From Escherichia coli (GTDB lineage: Bacteria; Pseudomonadota; Gammaproteobacteria; Enterobacterales; Enterobacteriaceae), in assembly GCF_022846255.1 (NCBI RefSeq), contig NZ_AP025682.1: a DNA stretch of 64,000 bases; one strand, given 5' to 3'. Below, one piece after another: positions 1 through 11,592 of the stretch (the stretch's first letter is position 1; each line of letters starts with the position of its first letter). Both the position numbers and the translations under genes were made by a program. Under the pieces are notes generated by a model, which saw only the letters and a list, made by a program, of their open reading frames with translations, searched no databases and was not told where the DNA came from.

Positions 1-339
1 CGATAGCGGGAACGGGCCAGTGCATTAAATAGAGGTCGATATAATCAAGCTGGAGTTTTTTCAGGCTGTCGAGCAGGGCTTCGCGGGGGCGCTTGTGGTC
101 GTCGTTCCACAGCTTAGTGGTGATGAACAGTTCTTCTCTGTTGACTGAGGCATTTTTCAGGGCTTTGCCGACACCTTCTTCGTTCTTGTAGGCTGCGGCG
201 GTATCAATCGAGCGATAACCCACTTCTAACGCTTTTTGAATGGCGGTGATTACTTCCTCATTACTTGCTTGCCAGACGCCCAGTCCCAGCTGGGGCATGA
301 CATTGCCATCCTGTAGCTTAATAACGGTTGGATTAGCCA
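1..339 (-). CDS. dkgA: 2,5-diketo-D-gluconate reductase A (aldo-keto reductase), N-terminal 113 codons; gene continues beyond window start
   Basis: Minus-strand ATG at 339 preceded by GGAGGA RBS; translation begins MANPTVIKLQDGNVM, matching remembered DkgA N-terminus; follows yqhD as in E. coli. Confidence 0.85.
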
Positions 340-360
340 TACGTTCCTCCTTTATATGAA

Positions 361-384
361 CTCACCGGAGCAGGCTCCGGTGAG
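361..384. terminator. Stem-loop in yqhD-dkgA intergenic region (possible attenuator/terminator)
   Basis: Inverted repeat ctcaccggag...ctccggtgag read directly; no strong U-tract. Confidence 0.4.
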
Positions 385-444
385 GTGTTGTGAATTTAAG
401 TCTGGACGAAATGCCCGAAAACGAAAGTTTGAGGCGTAAAAAGC

Positions 445-1608
445 TTAGCGGGCGGCTTCGTATATACGGCGGCTGACATCCAGCGTAATGTCATGATTTT
501 CGCCCAGTTGGGTCATGCCGTGCTCTTCCAGTTTTTTCAGCAAAGCCGGGATGGAGCTGCCGTCCAGACCGTAGTCGGAGAGGTGGGTCGGCACGCCTAA
601 TTGCTCAAAGAAATTGCGGGTTGCGGCAATCGCGGCGTCAATACGCTCATCGTCTGAACCTTCAGTGATGTTCCAGACGCGTTCAGCATATTGCAGCAGC
701 TTAGCGCGCTTGGTATCGCGTTTTTCATTCCACAGTGCAGGCAGGACGATAGCCAGTGTTTGCGCGTGATCCAGACCGTGCATCGCAGTCAGTTCGTGGC
801 CCAGCATATGCGTTGCCCAGTCCTGCGGTACGCCAGCGCCGATCAAACCGTTCAGCGCCTGAGTCGCCGCCCACATGACGTTGGCGCGCACATCGTAATT
901 TTCTGGCTCTTTCAGGGCTTTCGGACCATCTTCGATCAGCGTCAGCAAAATGCCTTCTGCGAAACGGTCCTGAATTTTGGCATCAACCGGTTTGGTAACA
1001 TACTGTTCCACGGTGTGTACAAAGGCGTCCACTACGCCGTTAGCCACCTGACGCGGCGGCAGGGTGTAGGTATAAACCGGATCGAGCACGGCAAATACGG
1101 GCTGAACATGGGCAGAATGGAACGCCTGCTTGTCGCCTGTGGTTTTACGGGAGATCACCGCGCCTGCGTTGGATTCTGAACCGGTTGCTGGCAGCGTCAG
1201 CACACAGCCCATCGGGATGGCGCTTTTAATCTCTTTGCCGCCCGTTTGCAGAATGTGCCACGGATCGATATTTTCCGGATAGTTAGCCGCTGCGGCGATA
1301 AATTTGGTGCCGTCCAGTACAGAACCGCCGCCAACCGCCAGCAGGAAAGTCACTTTCTGTTCGCGAACCAGTTTCACGGCGTTCATCAGCGTTTCATAAG
1401 CCGGGTTTGGTTCAATACCGCCAAATTCCAGCACGTCCATGCCTTTCAGGGCATCCAGAACTTGATCGAGAACGCCGGTTTTTTTCACGCTGCCGCCGCC
1501 GTAGGTAATCAATACGCGAGCATCGTGAGGAATTTGTTCGCGTAAACCAGCGATTGCGCCTTTACCAAACAGAATGCGGGTTGGGGTGTGCAGATTAAAG
1601 TTGTTCAT
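445..1608 (-). CDS. yqhD: NADPH-dependent aldehyde reductase (Fe-type alcohol dehydrogenase family), 387 aa
   Basis: ORF-track protein; start trimmed to internal [10 protein letters not shown] matching remembered YqhD; GGGS nucleotide-binding motifs. Confidence 0.92.
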   Translation of the reverse strand: MNNFNLHTPTRILFGKGAIAGLREQIPHDARVLITYGGGSVKKTGVLDQVLDALKGMDVLEFGGIEPNPAYETLMNAVKLVREQKVTFLLAVGGGSVLDGTKFIAAAANYPENIDPWHILQTGGKEIKSAIPMGCVLTLPATGSESNAGAVISRKTTGDKQAFHSAHVQPVFAVLDPVYTYTLPPRQVANGVVDAFVHTVEQYVTKPVDAKIQDRFAEGILLTLIEDGPKALKEPENYDVRANVMWAATQALNGLIGAGVPQDWATHMLGHELTAMHGLDHAQTLAIVLPALWNEKRDTKRAKLLQYAERVWNITEGSDDERIDAAIAATRNFFEQLGVPTHLSDYGLDGSSIPALLKKLEEHGMTQLGENHDITLDVSRRIYEAAR

Positions 1609-1744
1609 TACTTGCTCCCTTTGCTGGGTCAATATGAGGGCAGAGATCGGTCTGCCTGATGTTTTTCATTGTGGTAGCCAGCGCCGTACCTCTCAATGCT
1701 CATTTCTGCCAATGTCTTGCCTATTTCTCCAGAGTGCTGGAGAA

Positions 1745-2701
1745 ATGCTACAAAATTGCGCACAATCAAATTGCCGCATTATTCCTAAGAAATTACGCGA
1801 TATGAAACGTGAAGAGATTTGCCGCTTGCTGGCGGATAAAGTTAATAAACTGAAAAATAAAGAAAATAGTTTGTCAGAGCTGTTGCCCGATGTGCGTTTG
1901 TTGTATGGCGAGACGCCTTTCGCACGCACACCAGTGATGTACGAGCCTGGCATCATAATTCTCTTTTCCGGGCATAAAATCGGTTATATCAATGAACGCG
2001 TGTTTCGTTATGACGCTAATGAATATCTCCTGCTAACGGTGCCGTTGCCGTTTGAGTGCGAAACCTATGCCACGTCAGAGGTGCCGCTGGCAGGGTTGCG
2101 TCTCAATGTCGATATTTTGCAGTTACAGGAACTGTTGATGGACATTGGCGAAGATGAGCATTTCCAGCCGTCGATGGCAGCCAGCGGGATTAACTCTGCC
2201 ACGTTATCAGAAGAGATTTTATGCGCGGCGGAGCGGTTACTGGATGTGATGGAGCGACCGCTGGATGCGCGTATTCTCGGCAAACAGATCATCCGCGAAA
2301 TTCTGTACTACGTGCTGACCGGACCTTGCGGCGGCGCGTTACTGGCACTGGTCAGCCGCCAGACTCACTTCAGCCTGATTAGTCGCGTGCTGAAACGGAT
2401 TGAGAATAAATACACCGAAAACCTGAGCGTCGAGCAACTGGCGGCAGAAGCCAACATGAGCGTATCGGCGTTCCACCATAATTTTAAGTCTGTCACCAGC
2501 ACCTCGCCGTTGCAGTATTTGAAGAATTACCGTCTGCATAAGGCGCGGATGATGATCATCCACGACGGCATGAAAGCCAGTGCGGCAGCGATGCGCGTCG
2601 GTTACGAAAGCGCATCGCAATTTAGCCGTGAGTTTAAACGTTACTTTGGTGTGACGCCGGGGGAAGATGCGGCAAGAATGCGGGCGATGCAGGGGAATTA
2701 A
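1745..2701 (+). CDS. yqhC: AraC-family transcriptional activator of yqhD-dkgA, 318 aa
   Basis: ORF-track 1574..2701 trimmed to MLQNCAQ start; C-terminal AraC helix-turn-helix region; divergent from yqhD. Confidence 0.9.
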   Translation: MLQNCAQSNCRIIPKKLRDMKREEICRLLADKVNKLKNKENSLSELLPDVRLLYGETPFARTPVMYEPGIIILFSGHKIGYINERVFRYDANEYLLLTVPLPFECETYATSEVPLAGLRLNVDILQLQELLMDIGEDEHFQPSMAASGINSATLSEEILCAAERLLDVMERPLDARILGKQIIREILYYVLTGPCGGALLALVSRQTHFSLISRVLKRIENKYTENLSVEQLAAEANMSVSAFHHNFKSVTSTSPLQYLKNYRLHKARMMIIHDGMKASAAAMRVGYESASQFSREFKRYFGVTPGEDAARMRAMQGN

Positions 2702-2704
2702 ATA

Positions 2705-2730
2705 CGTTCCCGGTACAGCAACCGGGAACG
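2705..2730. terminator. Hairpin between convergent yqhC and yghB (putative bidirectional terminator)
   Basis: 10-bp inverted repeat cgttcccggt / accgggaacg with 6-nt loop; weak U-tract. Confidence 0.45.
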
Positions 2731-2740
2731 GGGAAAATCG

Positions 2741-3400
2741 TCAGGCGTTACAGTATTTTTTTTTAATCACCACAAACAGCGTGCCCAACAAGCCAGCGGT
2801 TAACAAGGCAATTGGCAGGATCATCAGGAACGTCATTACCTGATCTTCATGGCGTTTAACGAACGGAATTATACTTAAGGCATAGCCGAAACTGGTTACC
2901 ACGCTGACCCACAGCAATCCGCTTAACCAGTTGAAAAACTGGAAGCGGCGGTTTGGCAGACCGGAAATTCCCGCCATGGTTGGCAGCAACGTACGGACAA
3001 ATGCAAGAAAACGTCCAGCCAGCAGCGCCAGCAGACCGTGGCGGTCAAACATGCAGGTGGCGCGCTGGTGATATTTAGCAGGAAGCTGTGCCAGCCAGCC
3101 TTTCACCGTTTTGGTATTCCCTAACCAGCGCCCCTGAATATAACTTAGCCAGCAGCCCAGACTTGCTGCGGCGGTCAGAATCGCAATCGTAGGCAGAAAA
3201 TCCATAACCCCCTGGGCAATCAATGCGCCAGCCAATATCAACAAGCTGTCGCCTGGCAAAAATGAGGCGGGCAGCAGGCCGTTTTCTAAAAACAGCGTGG
3301 CAAACATGACAAAGTAAACAACGCTAACAATATGAGGATCCGCCAGCGCGGCAAAGTCGTGTTGCCAGAGCGCAGCGATGATATCTTGAATAACAGCCAT
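2741..3400 (-). CDS. yghB: DedA-family inner membrane protein, 219 aa
   Basis: ORF-track protein, multi-TM hydrophobic profile, position downstream of metC as in E. coli. Confidence 0.9.
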   Translation of the reverse strand: MAVIQDIIAALWQHDFAALADPHIVSVVYFVMFATLFLENGLLPASFLPGDSLLILAGALIAQGVMDFLPTIAILTAAASLGCWLSYIQGRWLGNTKTVKGWLAQLPAKYHQRATCMFDRHGLLALLAGRFLAFVRTLLPTMAGISGLPNRRFQFFNWLSGLLWVSVVTSFGYALSIIPFVKRHEDQVMTFLMILPIALLTAGLLGTLFVVIKKKYCNA

Positions 3401-3539
3401 GGACTTTCCTGTGGAACAGCGTTTAAGCCTTTATCTGCCTATTGTACTCCTGAATCGTCCGGGACGCCTTGATCCCGGACGCAACAATTTAAGACTTTTC
3501 ACAATAAAATGTCTGCAAAATTGTCCAAAAGTGGCAATG

Positions 3540-4727
3540 TTATACAATTCGCGCAAAACCGGCGTCCAGATCGGCAATCAGATCGTCGACATCTTCCAGA
3601 CCAATATGCAGGCGAATCAAGGTCCCGCTAAAATCGATCTCGCCTTGTGGGCGAATGGCGGCGATATGTTCTGGTTGATTTGCCAGGATCAACGATTCAT
3701 ACCCGCCCCACGAGTAGGCCATGCTGAATAAACTGAAGTTATCCAGATAGTTCGCCAGCTCTTCATCATTGAGTTTTTTCTTAAGCACAAAGGAAAATAG
3801 CCCGCTGCTGCCTGTAAAGTCTCGTTTCCAGAATTCGTATCCTTTACTGCCAGGCAGAGCAGGGTGGTTAACTCGCGCTACTTGCGGATGTTCTGCCAGC
3901 CATTCAGCCACTTTCAGACTGCTTTCATGATGTTGACGCAGGCGAACCCCCAAAGTGCGCAGGCCACGGCTGGTTATATAGGCGGTATCGGCATCGACCA
4001 TCTGGCCCATCAGATAGGCATTCTCTCGCAGCTGCTCCCAGCAACGAGCATTGCACACCGCAGTGCCAATCATCGCATCTGAATGCCCAACCAGATATTT
4101 GGTGGCGGCCTGAATGGAAACATCGATGCCAAAATCCAGCGCCTTAAACAGCACACCGGCTGCCCAGGTGTTGTCGATCATAATGATGGCATCCGGGACC
4201 ACACTGCGTACGGCGGCAACAATCGCCGGAACATCGTGGACTTCCATGGTGATGGAACCTGGCGATTCCAGAAACACGATTTTAGTGTTTGGCTGCAGAT
4301 GCTTAACGATATCGGCACCAATCAGCGGATCAAACCACGATGTCGTTACGCCCAGTTTGCTGAGGATTTTGCTACAGAAATCCTGACTCGGTTCATAGGC
4401 GGTGTTGGTCATCAACACATGATCGCCCTGTTCGACAAAAGCAAGAATGGAATTAGCAACCGCTGCCGCCCCGCAGGGAAATAGCACACAGCCTGCGCCA
4501 CCTTCCAGTTCACACATCGCTTGTTGTAAGGAGAAATGGGTTAACGTTCCACGCCGTCCATAGAACAACTCGCCATTGGCGCGATTACGTGTCGCGTGTT
4601 TTTTGGCTTCTACACTGTCAAAGACCAGCGAAGACGCGCGCTGAATCACGCTATTTACCGCACCGAGCGTGTATTTTTTGCTGCGTCCTGCATTCACCAG
4701 TTGAGTATCAAGCTTTTTGTCCGCCAT
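3540..4727 (-). CDS. metC: Cystathionine beta-lyase (PLP-dependent), 395 aa
   Basis: ORF-track 440 aa trimmed to [15 protein letters not shown] start; Cys/Met-metabolism PLP enzyme family. Confidence 0.92.
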   Translation of the reverse strand: MADKKLDTQLVNAGRSKKYTLGAVNSVIQRASSLVFDSVEAKKHATRNRANGELFYGRRGTLTHFSLQQAMCELEGGAGCVLFPCGAAAVANSILAFVEQGDHVLMTNTAYEPSQDFCSKILSKLGVTTSWFDPLIGADIVKHLQPNTKIVFLESPGSITMEVHDVPAIVAAVRSVVPDAIIMIDNTWAAGVLFKALDFGIDVSIQAATKYLVGHSDAMIGTAVCNARCWEQLRENAYLMGQMVDADTAYITSRGLRTLGVRLRQHHESSLKVAEWLAEHPQVARVNHPALPGSKGYEFWKRDFTGSSGLFSFVLKKKLNDEELANYLDNFSLFSMAYSWGGYESLILANQPEHIAAIRPQGEIDFSGTLIRLHIGLEDVDDLIADLDAGFARIV

Positions 4728-4745
4728 GTCGGGATTCCTGTTTTT

Positions 4746-4761
4746 ATACGTCTGGATGTCT
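4746..4761. promoter_or_regulatory. Candidate MetJ operator (tandem met boxes) upstream of metC
   Basis: Tandem 8-mers atacgtct and ggatgtct match met-box consensus AGACGTCT at 7/8 and 6/8, 19-34 bp upstream of metC start. Confidence 0.5.
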
Positions 4762-4978
4762 AAACTAGCATGAATATTCGCGGGCGCATCCTGAAGAATT
4801 GGCATAAAGCAGAAAATTTTCGCAAATGGCGTGCTGGTGACTTTTTTACTGCGTAAACGCAAGGAAAAGAAAGCAAAGGTACGGCAGTATGCAAATAGTA
4901 ATGAGAACGACTATCAATTCGACGTCGTTTTGATATTATTATGCACAGATTTTGTGACTTGCGTCCTGGAGATACACA

Positions 4979-5713
4979 GTGGGTAATAATTTAATGCAGA
5001 CGGACCTCTCCGTCTGGGGTATGTATCAGCACGCCGATATTGTCGTTAAGTGCGTGATGATTGGGCTTATTTTGGCCTCCGTAGTCACCTGGGCAATCTT
5101 CTTCAGTAAGAGCGTGGAGTTCTTCAATCAGAAGCGTCGTCTTAAGCGCGAGCAGCAACTGCTGGCTGAAGCGCGTTCCTTAAACCAGGCCAACGATATC
5201 GCCGCTGATTTTGGTAGCAAAAGCTTGAGCCTGCATTTGCTCAATGAAGCGCAGAATGAGCTGGAACTGTCAGAAGGCAGCGACGATAACGAAGGTATTA
5301 AAGAACGTACCAGCTTCCGTCTGGAGCGTCGGGTCGCCGCAGTAGGTCGTCAAATGGGCCGCGGTAACGGCTATCTGGCAACCATCGGCGCGATTTCGCC
5401 GTTCGTTGGTCTGTTTGGTACGGTCTGGGGCATCATGAACAGCTTTATTGGTATCGCGCAAACGCAGACCACTAACCTGGCAGTCGTTGCGCCGGGTATT
5501 GCAGAAGCTCTGTTAGCAACGGCAATCGGCCTCGTGGCAGCGATTCCTGCGGTCGTTATCTATAACGTATTTGCACGCCAGATTGGCGGCTTTAAAGCGA
5601 TGCTGGGTGATGTTGCAGCGCAGGTATTGTTGCTGCAAAGCCGTGACCTGGATCTGGAAGCCAGCGCCGCTGCGCATCCGGTTCGTGTCGCACAAAAATT
5701 ACGTGCAGGATAA
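4979..5713 (+). CDS. exbB: TonB-system energiser ExbB (MotA/TolQ/ExbB proton channel), 244 aa
   Basis: GTG start; protein MGNNLMQTDLSVWGMYQ... matches remembered ExbB; followed by exbD. Confidence 0.93.
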   Translation: MGNNLMQTDLSVWGMYQHADIVVKCVMIGLILASVVTWAIFFSKSVEFFNQKRRLKREQQLLAEARSLNQANDIAADFGSKSLSLHLLNEAQNELELSEGSDDNEGIKERTSFRLERRVAAVGRQMGRGNGYLATIGAISPFVGLFGTVWGIMNSFIGIAQTQTTNLAVVAPGIAEALLATAIGLVAAIPAVVIYNVFARQIGGFKAMLGDVAAQVLLLQSRDLDLEASAAAHPVRVAQKLRAG

Positions 5714-5719
5714 TGTCCG

Positions 5720-6145
5720 ATGGCGATGCATCTTAACGAAAACCTCGACGATAACGGCGAAATGCATGATATCAACGTGACGCCGTTTATCGACGTGATG
5801 TTGGTTTTGCTGATTATCTTTATGGTGGCGGCACCGTTAGCGACGGTAGATGTGAAGGTGAATTTGCCTGCTTCTACCAGCACGCCGCAGCCGCGCCCGG
5901 AAAAACCGGTTTATCTGTCGGTGAAAGCAGACAACTCGATGTTTATTGGTAACGATCCGGTCACCGATGAAACAATGATTACGGCGTTGAATGCGTTAAC
6001 CGAAGGCAAGAAAGACACCACCATCTTCTTCCGTGCGGATAAAACTGTCGATTACGAGACGTTGATGAAGGTAATGGATACGCTGCATCAGGCGGGTTAC
6101 CTGAAAATAGGTCTGGTCGGCGAAGAAACTGCGAAAGCGAAATAA
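5720..6145 (+). CDS. exbD: TonB-system protein ExbD, 141 aa
   Basis: ORF-track protein; single N-terminal TM; operon partner of exbB. Confidence 0.93.
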   Translation: MAMHLNENLDDNGEMHDINVTPFIDVMLVLLIIFMVAAPLATVDVKVNLPASTSTPQPRPEKPVYLSVKADNSMFIGNDPVTDETMITALNALTEGKKDTTIFFRADKTVDYETLMKVMDTLHQAGYLKIGLVGEETAKAK

Positions 6146-6150
6146 AAATG

Positions 6151-6185
6151 ATGCCCGGTTGCTTTTCACAACCGGGCATTTTTTT
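6151..6185. terminator. Rho-independent terminator after exbD (bidirectional with yghA)
   Basis: 10-bp stem atgcccggtt / aaccgggcat, 9-nt loop, followed by 7 T. Confidence 0.8.
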
Positions 6186-7068
6186 AACCTAAATGCTCGC
6201 CGCCGCAGACACCGTGCACTTCTGCGGTGACGTAGCTCGACTCCTGACTTGCCAGGTAAACATATACAGGGGCCAGCTCCGCCGGTTGCCCCGCACGCTT
6301 CATCGGCGTTTTCTGACCAAACTGCGGGATCTTATCCTGCGTTTGTCCGCCAGAAATTTGCAGTGCTGTCCAGATCGGGCCTGGCGCGACAATATTCACC
6401 CGAATACCTTTCTCCGCGACCTGTTTTGCCAGGCCACGGCTGTAGTTCAGAATTGCCGCCTTCGTAGCCGCATAGTCCAGTAAATGCGGGCTTGGCTGGT
6501 ATGCCTGGATTGAGGAAGTGGTGATGATACTTGCACCTTTCGGTAGCAGGGGGATCGCTTCCTGGGTTAGCCAGAACAACGCGAAAACGTTAATGGCAAA
6601 GGTCTTTTGAAACTGTTCGCTGGTGAGGTCTGCAATATCAGGAATGGCAACCTGTTTCCCGGCTACCAGCGCCATAATATCCAGCCCGCCTAACGCCTTG
6701 TGTGCTTCGTGAACCAGCGAACGGGCGAATTTCTCATCGCTTAAATCGCCTGGCAGCAGAACGGCTTTGCGTCCGCATTCTTCAATGATCTTTTTCACAT
6801 CCTGAGCGTCTTCTTCTTCCACGGGAAGATAACTGATCGCCACGTCAGCCCCTTCACGCGCGTAAGCAATGGCGGCAGCGCGACCGATTCCGGAATCGCC
6901 CCCTGTCACCAGTGCTTTACGATCTTTCAGGCGACCGCTACCAACATAGGTTTTCTCGCCGCAATCCGGTACCGGTGTCATCTTCGCCTGGATGCCTGGC
7001 GTCGGTTGTTTCTGTTTGGGATATTCACCAGTGTAATACTGCGTGGTCGGGTCTTTTAAATGAGACAT
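6184..7068 (-). CDS. yghA: NADP-dependent aldehyde reductase (short-chain dehydrogenase/reductase), 294 aa
   Basis: [10 protein letters not shown] Rossmann motif in translation; length and position match E. coli YghA. Confidence 0.9.
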   Translation of the reverse strand: MSHLKDPTTQYYTGEYPKQKQPTPGIQAKMTPVPDCGEKTYVGSGRLKDRKALVTGGDSGIGRAAAIAYAREGADVAISYLPVEEEDAQDVKKIIEECGRKAVLLPGDLSDEKFARSLVHEAHKALGGLDIMALVAGKQVAIPDIADLTSEQFQKTFAINVFALFWLTQEAIPLLPKGASIITTSSIQAYQPSPHLLDYAATKAAILNYSRGLAKQVAEKGIRVNIVAPGPIWTALQISGGQTQDKIPQFGQKTPMKRAGQPAELAPVYVYLASQESSYVTAEVHGVCGGEHLG

Positions 7069-7189
7069 CGTTTTTCTCCCTTCAGGTTCAACGTCCTTTA
7101 AGGGTAGACGCTCTCGATGCGTTGATAAGGGAACCAGGAAGATCCCTAACCCTCAGAATTATGCGACAAAGGTTTAACGTATATGTTGA

Positions 7190-7753
<564 letters not shown>

Positions 7754-7760
7754 TCTGATT

Positions 7761-7781
7761 CGGGCGCGGTTCTCGCGCCCG
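7761..7781. terminator. Hairpin terminator between convergent yqhA and gpr
   Basis: cgggcgcg / cgcgcccg stem with 5-nt loop. Confidence 0.5.
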
Positions 7782-7792
7782 TTATTAACAGG

Positions 7793-8833
7793 TCATTTAT
7801 CGGAAGACGCCTGCCACAGATTCAGCTCTCCATCGGCGATATGCTGATCAATCTGCGCCAGCTCCTCGGTGCTAAATGTCAGATTATTCAGCGCCTGCAC
7901 GTTCTCCTCAAGTTGCTCCGCGCGGCTGGCACCAATCAATACCGACGTCACTCGCTCATCTTTCAGCAACCAGCTTAACGCCATTTGCGCCATTGATTGT
8001 CCACGCTGCTGTGCCATTTCATGCAATAAGCGCAGGCTGTTGAGGTTGGCTTCGGTGAGCATTTTCGGCGTCAGACCACGAACTTTATTCCCTTCATGAT
8101 GCATCCGTGAATCTTGCGGAATACCGTTGAGATATTTTCCGGTCAGCAATCCCTGAGCCAGTGGAGTAAAGGCAATGCAGCCCACGCCGTTATTTTGCAG
8201 GGTATCCAGCAGGCCGCTTTTATCCACCCAGCGGTTCAGTAAATTGTACGAAGGTTGATGAATTAACAGCGGAATTTTCCACTCGCGCAGCAACTCGACC
8301 ATTTTTTGCGTCCGCTCTGGCGAGTAAGAGGAGATCCCGACATACAGCGCCTTACCGCTTTGTACCGCATGAGCCAGCGCAGAGGCGGTTTCTTCCATCG
8401 GCGTATTTTCATCGACGCGATGAGAGTAAAAGATATCGACATACTCAAGCCCCATACGCTTCAGGCTTTGGTCGAGGCTGGCGAGCAGGTATTTACGTGA
8501 GCCGCCAGAGCCGTATGGACCGGGCCACATATCGTATCCGGCTTTGGTAGAGATAATCAGTTCATCGCGATAAGCGGCAAAATCCTCGCGCAGCAGGCGA
8601 CCAAAGTTTTCTTCTGCGCTTCCTGGAGGCGGCCCGTAATTGTTGGCTAAATCAAAGTGCGTAATGCCTAAATCAAACGCTTTACGCAGGATCGCACGCT
8701 GTGATTCCAGCGCGTTAACGTGACCGAAATTGTGCCATAAACCGAGCGATAACGCGGGCAGGCGTAAACCACTTTTTCCGCAATAGCGGTACTGCATCCG
8801 CCCGTAACGTTCGGGATTCGCTAACCAGACCAT
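7793..8833 (-). CDS. gpr: L-glyceraldehyde-3-phosphate reductase (aldo-keto reductase), 346 aa
   Basis: ORF-track protein MVWLANPERYGRMQYRYCGKSGLRLPALSLG...; also known as yghZ. Confidence 0.92.
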   Translation of the reverse strand: MVWLANPERYGRMQYRYCGKSGLRLPALSLGLWHNFGHVNALESQRAILRKAFDLGITHFDLANNYGPPPGSAEENFGRLLREDFAAYRDELIISTKAGYDMWPGPYGSGGSRKYLLASLDQSLKRMGLEYVDIFYSHRVDENTPMEETASALAHAVQSGKALYVGISSYSPERTQKMVELLREWKIPLLIHQPSYNLLNRWVDKSGLLDTLQNNGVGCIAFTPLAQGLLTGKYLNGIPQDSRMHHEGNKVRGLTPKMLTEANLNSLRLLHEMAQQRGQSMAQMALSWLLKDERVTSVLIGASRAEQLEENVQALNNLTFSTEELAQIDQHIADGELNLWQASSDK

Positions 8834-8989
8834 GACCTCTCCTTTCCACCATTCAATTTCGAAACAATGTTTCTAGTTTAGCGATTCGCCAGCGCGTATC
8901 CCGTAGTCTGGCTCACAGAGTGACGAAAAACTGGGCAAAAACACGCGCTTATGCTTTGCTTAAAAAAACACCAGTTGAGGAGTGCAACG

Positions 8990-9877
8990 ATGCCGCGTTT
9001 AACCGCCAAAGATTTCCCACAAGAGTTGCTGGATTACTACGACTATTACGCTCACGGGAAAATCTCGAAACGTGAGTTCCTCAACCTTGCGGCGAAGTAT
9101 GCAGTGGGCGGGATGACGGCATTAGCGCTGTTTGATTTGCTCAAGCCAAATTATGCGCTGGCGACTCAGGTAGAGTTTACCGACCCGGAAATTGTTGCAG
9201 AGTACATCACGTATCCCTCGCCAAATGGTCACGGCGAGGTACGGGGTTATCTGGTGAAGCCCGCAAAAATGAGCGGTAAAACGCCAGCCGTGGTAGTGGT
9301 GCATGAGAATCGAGGGCTGAATCCGTATATCGAAGATGTGACGCGGCGAGTGGCGAAGGAAGGGTACATCGCCCTGGCGCCAGACGGTTTAAGCTCAGTA
9401 GGTGGCTATCCTGGTAACGATGATAAAGGCCGCGAACTGCAACAGCAGGTTGATCCAACCAAACTGATGAATGATTTCTTTGCCGCAATTGAGTTTATGC
9501 AACGCTATCCGCAAGCGACAGGCAAAGTGGGTATTAGCGGATTTTGCTATGGCGGGGGCGTATCGAACGCGGCAGCAGTCGCGTATCCGGAACTGGCCTG
9601 CGCGGTGCCGTTTTATGGGCGTCAGGCACCCACTGCCGATGTGGCGAAGATTGAAGCGCCTTTACTGCTCCACTACGCTGAACTGGATAGCCGAATCAAC
9701 GAGGGCTGGCCCGCTTACGAGGCGGCGTTGAAAGCCAATAATAAGGTCTATGAGGCGTATATATATCCGGGGGTTAATCACGGATTCCATAATGATTCCA
9801 CGCCCCGTTATGACAAATCTGCCGCCGATCTTGCCTGGCAAAGGACGTTGAAATGGTTCGATAAATATCTCTCCTGA
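8990..9877 (+). CDS. yghX: Dienelactone-hydrolase-family protein, apparently intact, 295 aa
   Basis: Start chosen at MPRLTAKDF with GAGGAG RBS 9 nt upstream; alpha/beta-hydrolase-like G-x-C/S-x-G (GFCYGG). Confidence 0.75.
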   Translation: MPRLTAKDFPQELLDYYDYYAHGKISKREFLNLAAKYAVGGMTALALFDLLKPNYALATQVEFTDPEIVAEYITYPSPNGHGEVRGYLVKPAKMSGKTPAVVVVHENRGLNPYIEDVTRRVAKEGYIALAPDGLSSVGGYPGNDDKGRELQQQVDPTKLMNDFFAAIEFMQRYPQATGKVGISGFCYGGGVSNAAAVAYPELACAVPFYGRQAPTADVAKIEAPLLLHYAELDSRINEGWPAYEAALKANNKVYEAYIYPGVNHGFHNDSTPRYDKSAADLAWQRTLKWFDKYLS

Positions 9878-9958
9878 TGGGTTTATCTCTTACAGGATTA
9901 CGTCTTAAACAAGCATGAAAAAATAGCGTGCGCAAATGTCGTTCTTTGCCTAAAATAT

Positions 9959-9982
9959 CGCTATATATGACAATATATAGCG
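9959..9982. promoter_or_regulatory. Perfect palindrome upstream of yghW (candidate operator overlapping a -10-like TATATA)
   Basis: cgctatatat-gaca-atatatagcg, 10-bp arms with 4-bp spacer, 14-37 bp upstream of the yghW ATG. Confidence 0.45.
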
Positions 9983-9995
9983 AATGAGGTGAACG

Positions 9996-10283
9996 ATGAA
10001 TAACCATTTTGGTAAAGGCTTAATGGCGGGATTAAAAGCAACGCATGCCGACAGTGCGGTTAATGTGACAAAATTCTGTGCCGATTATAAACGCGGTTTT
10101 GTATTAGGCTACTCACACCGGATGTACGAAAAGACCGGAGATCGCCAGCTTAGCGCCTGGGAAGCGGGTATTCTGACGCGCCGTTATGGACTGGATAAAG
10201 AGATGGTAATGGATTTCTTTCGTGAGAATAATTCCTGTTCTACGTTGCGCTTTTTTATGGCCGGTTATCGCCTAGAAAATTGA
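9996..10283 (+). CDS. yghW: Small protein of unknown function (DUF2623-like), 95 aa
   Basis: ORF-track protein; position upstream of hybO as in E. coli. Confidence 0.8.
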
Positions 10284-10471
10284 TCAAACATACGTATTAT
10301 CTTGCTTTAATTAATTACACTAATGCTTCTTCCCTTCGTTTTAGTGCCCCGCCGCAGTATCATGATATCGATAACCATAATAAATGTGTGGTAAATGGCG
10401 CATCGATCGCATTATTGATTTTGCGATTGAGGCAAAATATATGCCAGGTCTTCGCAACGGAATAACTATAA

Positions 10472-11590
10472 ATGACTGGAGATAACACCCTCATCCATTC
10501 TCACGGCATTAACCGTCGTGATTTCATGAAGCTTTGTGCAGCATTAGCCGCCACCATGGGGTTAAGTAGCAAAGCCGCTGCAGAGATGGCCGAATCGGTT
10601 ACTAACCCGCAGCGTCCGCCAGTTATCTGGATTGGCGCGCAGGAGTGCACCGGTTGTACGGAATCTCTGCTTCGTGCAACGCATCCAACGGTAGAAAACC
10701 TCGTGCTGGAGACTATCTCTCTGGAGTATCACGAAGTGCTTTCCGCCGCCTTCGGTCATCAGGTCGAAGAGAACAAACATAACGCTCTCGAGAAGTACAA
10801 AGGGCAGTATGTGTTAGTGGTGGATGGTTCCATCCCATTAAAAGATAACGGTATTTATTGCATGGTTGCCGGTGAGCCGATTGTGGATCACATCCGCAAA
10901 GCGGCGGAAGGCGCAGCAGCCATTATCGCTATCGGTTCCTGCTCTGCGTGGGGCGGCGTCGCCGCAGCTGGAGTTAACCCAACTGGCGCAGTCAGCCTGC
11001 AAGAAGTTCTGCCTGGCAAAACCGTTATCAATATTCCTGGCTGCCCGCCGAACCCGCACAACTTCCTGGCGACCGTTGCGCACATCATCACTTATGGCAA
11101 ACCGCCGAAACTGGATGACAAAAACCGTCCGACTTTCGCCTATGGTCGTCTGATTCACGAACACTGTGAACGTCGCCCGCACTTCGATGCTGGTCGTTTT
11201 GCCAAAGAGTTCGGTGATGAAGGCCACCGCGAAGGCTGGTGCCTGTACCACCTTGGCTGTAAAGGGCCAGAAACTTACGGCAACTGCTCAACGCTGCAAT
11301 TCTGCGATGTTGGCGGCGTGTGGCCGGTAGCGATTGGTCACCCGTGCTATGGCTGTAACGAAGAAGGTATCGGCTTCCATAAAGGCATCCATCAGCTTGC
11401 CAACGTCGAAAACCAGACTCCGCGTTCACAGAAACCGGACGTTAACGCTAAAGAAGGCGGCAACGTCTCGGCAGGCGCTATTGGTTTGCTCGGCGGTGTG
11501 GTTGGGCTGGTTGCCGGTGTCAGCGTGATGGCGGTGCGTGAACTGGGTCGTCAGCAAAAGAAAGATAACGCTGACTCACGGGGAGAATAA
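10472..11590 (+). CDS. hybO: Hydrogenase 2 small subunit, Tat-exported, 372 aa
   Basis: Twin-arginine motif RRDFMK near N-terminus; Cys-rich FeS ligands; C-terminal TM anchor. Confidence 0.95.
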   Translation: MTGDNTLIHSHGINRRDFMKLCAALAATMGLSSKAAAEMAESVTNPQRPPVIWIGAQECTGCTESLLRATHPTVENLVLETISLEYHEVLSAAFGHQVEENKHNALEKYKGQYVLVVDGSIPLKDNGIYCMVAGEPIVDHIRKAAEGAAAIIAIGSCSAWGGVAAAGVNPTGAVSLQEVLPGKTVINIPGCPPNPHNFLATVAHIITYGKPPKLDDKNRPTFAYGRLIHEHCERRPHFDAGRFAKEFGDEGHREGWCLYHLGCKGPETYGNCSTLQFCDVGGVWPVAIGHPCYGCNEEGIGFHKGIHQLANVENQTPRSQKPDVNAKEGGNVSAGAIGLLGGVVGLVAGVSVMAVRELGRQQKKDNADSRGE

Positions 11591-11592
11591 CC

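Noticed and set aside
691-1545. Plus-strand ORFs of 162 and 99 aa inside yqhD
   Set aside because: Antisense shadow ORFs within a well-supported minus-strand gene; no RBS and no recognisable protein features
1574-1744. Extended N-terminus of yqhC (ORF-track 375 aa)
   Set aside because: Extension would overlap the yqhD start on the opposite strand; internal ATG at 1745 gives the expected 318-aa AraC-family protein
3457-3482. Hairpin cgtccggga...tcccggacg between metC and yghB as a terminator
   Set aside because: No U-tract on either strand; could equally be a regulatory or REP-like structure
4891-4925. Fur box upstream of exbB
   Set aside because: Best match (aatagtaatgagaac) fits the Fur consensus at only about 8 of 15 positions by eye; too weak to call without a scoring matrix
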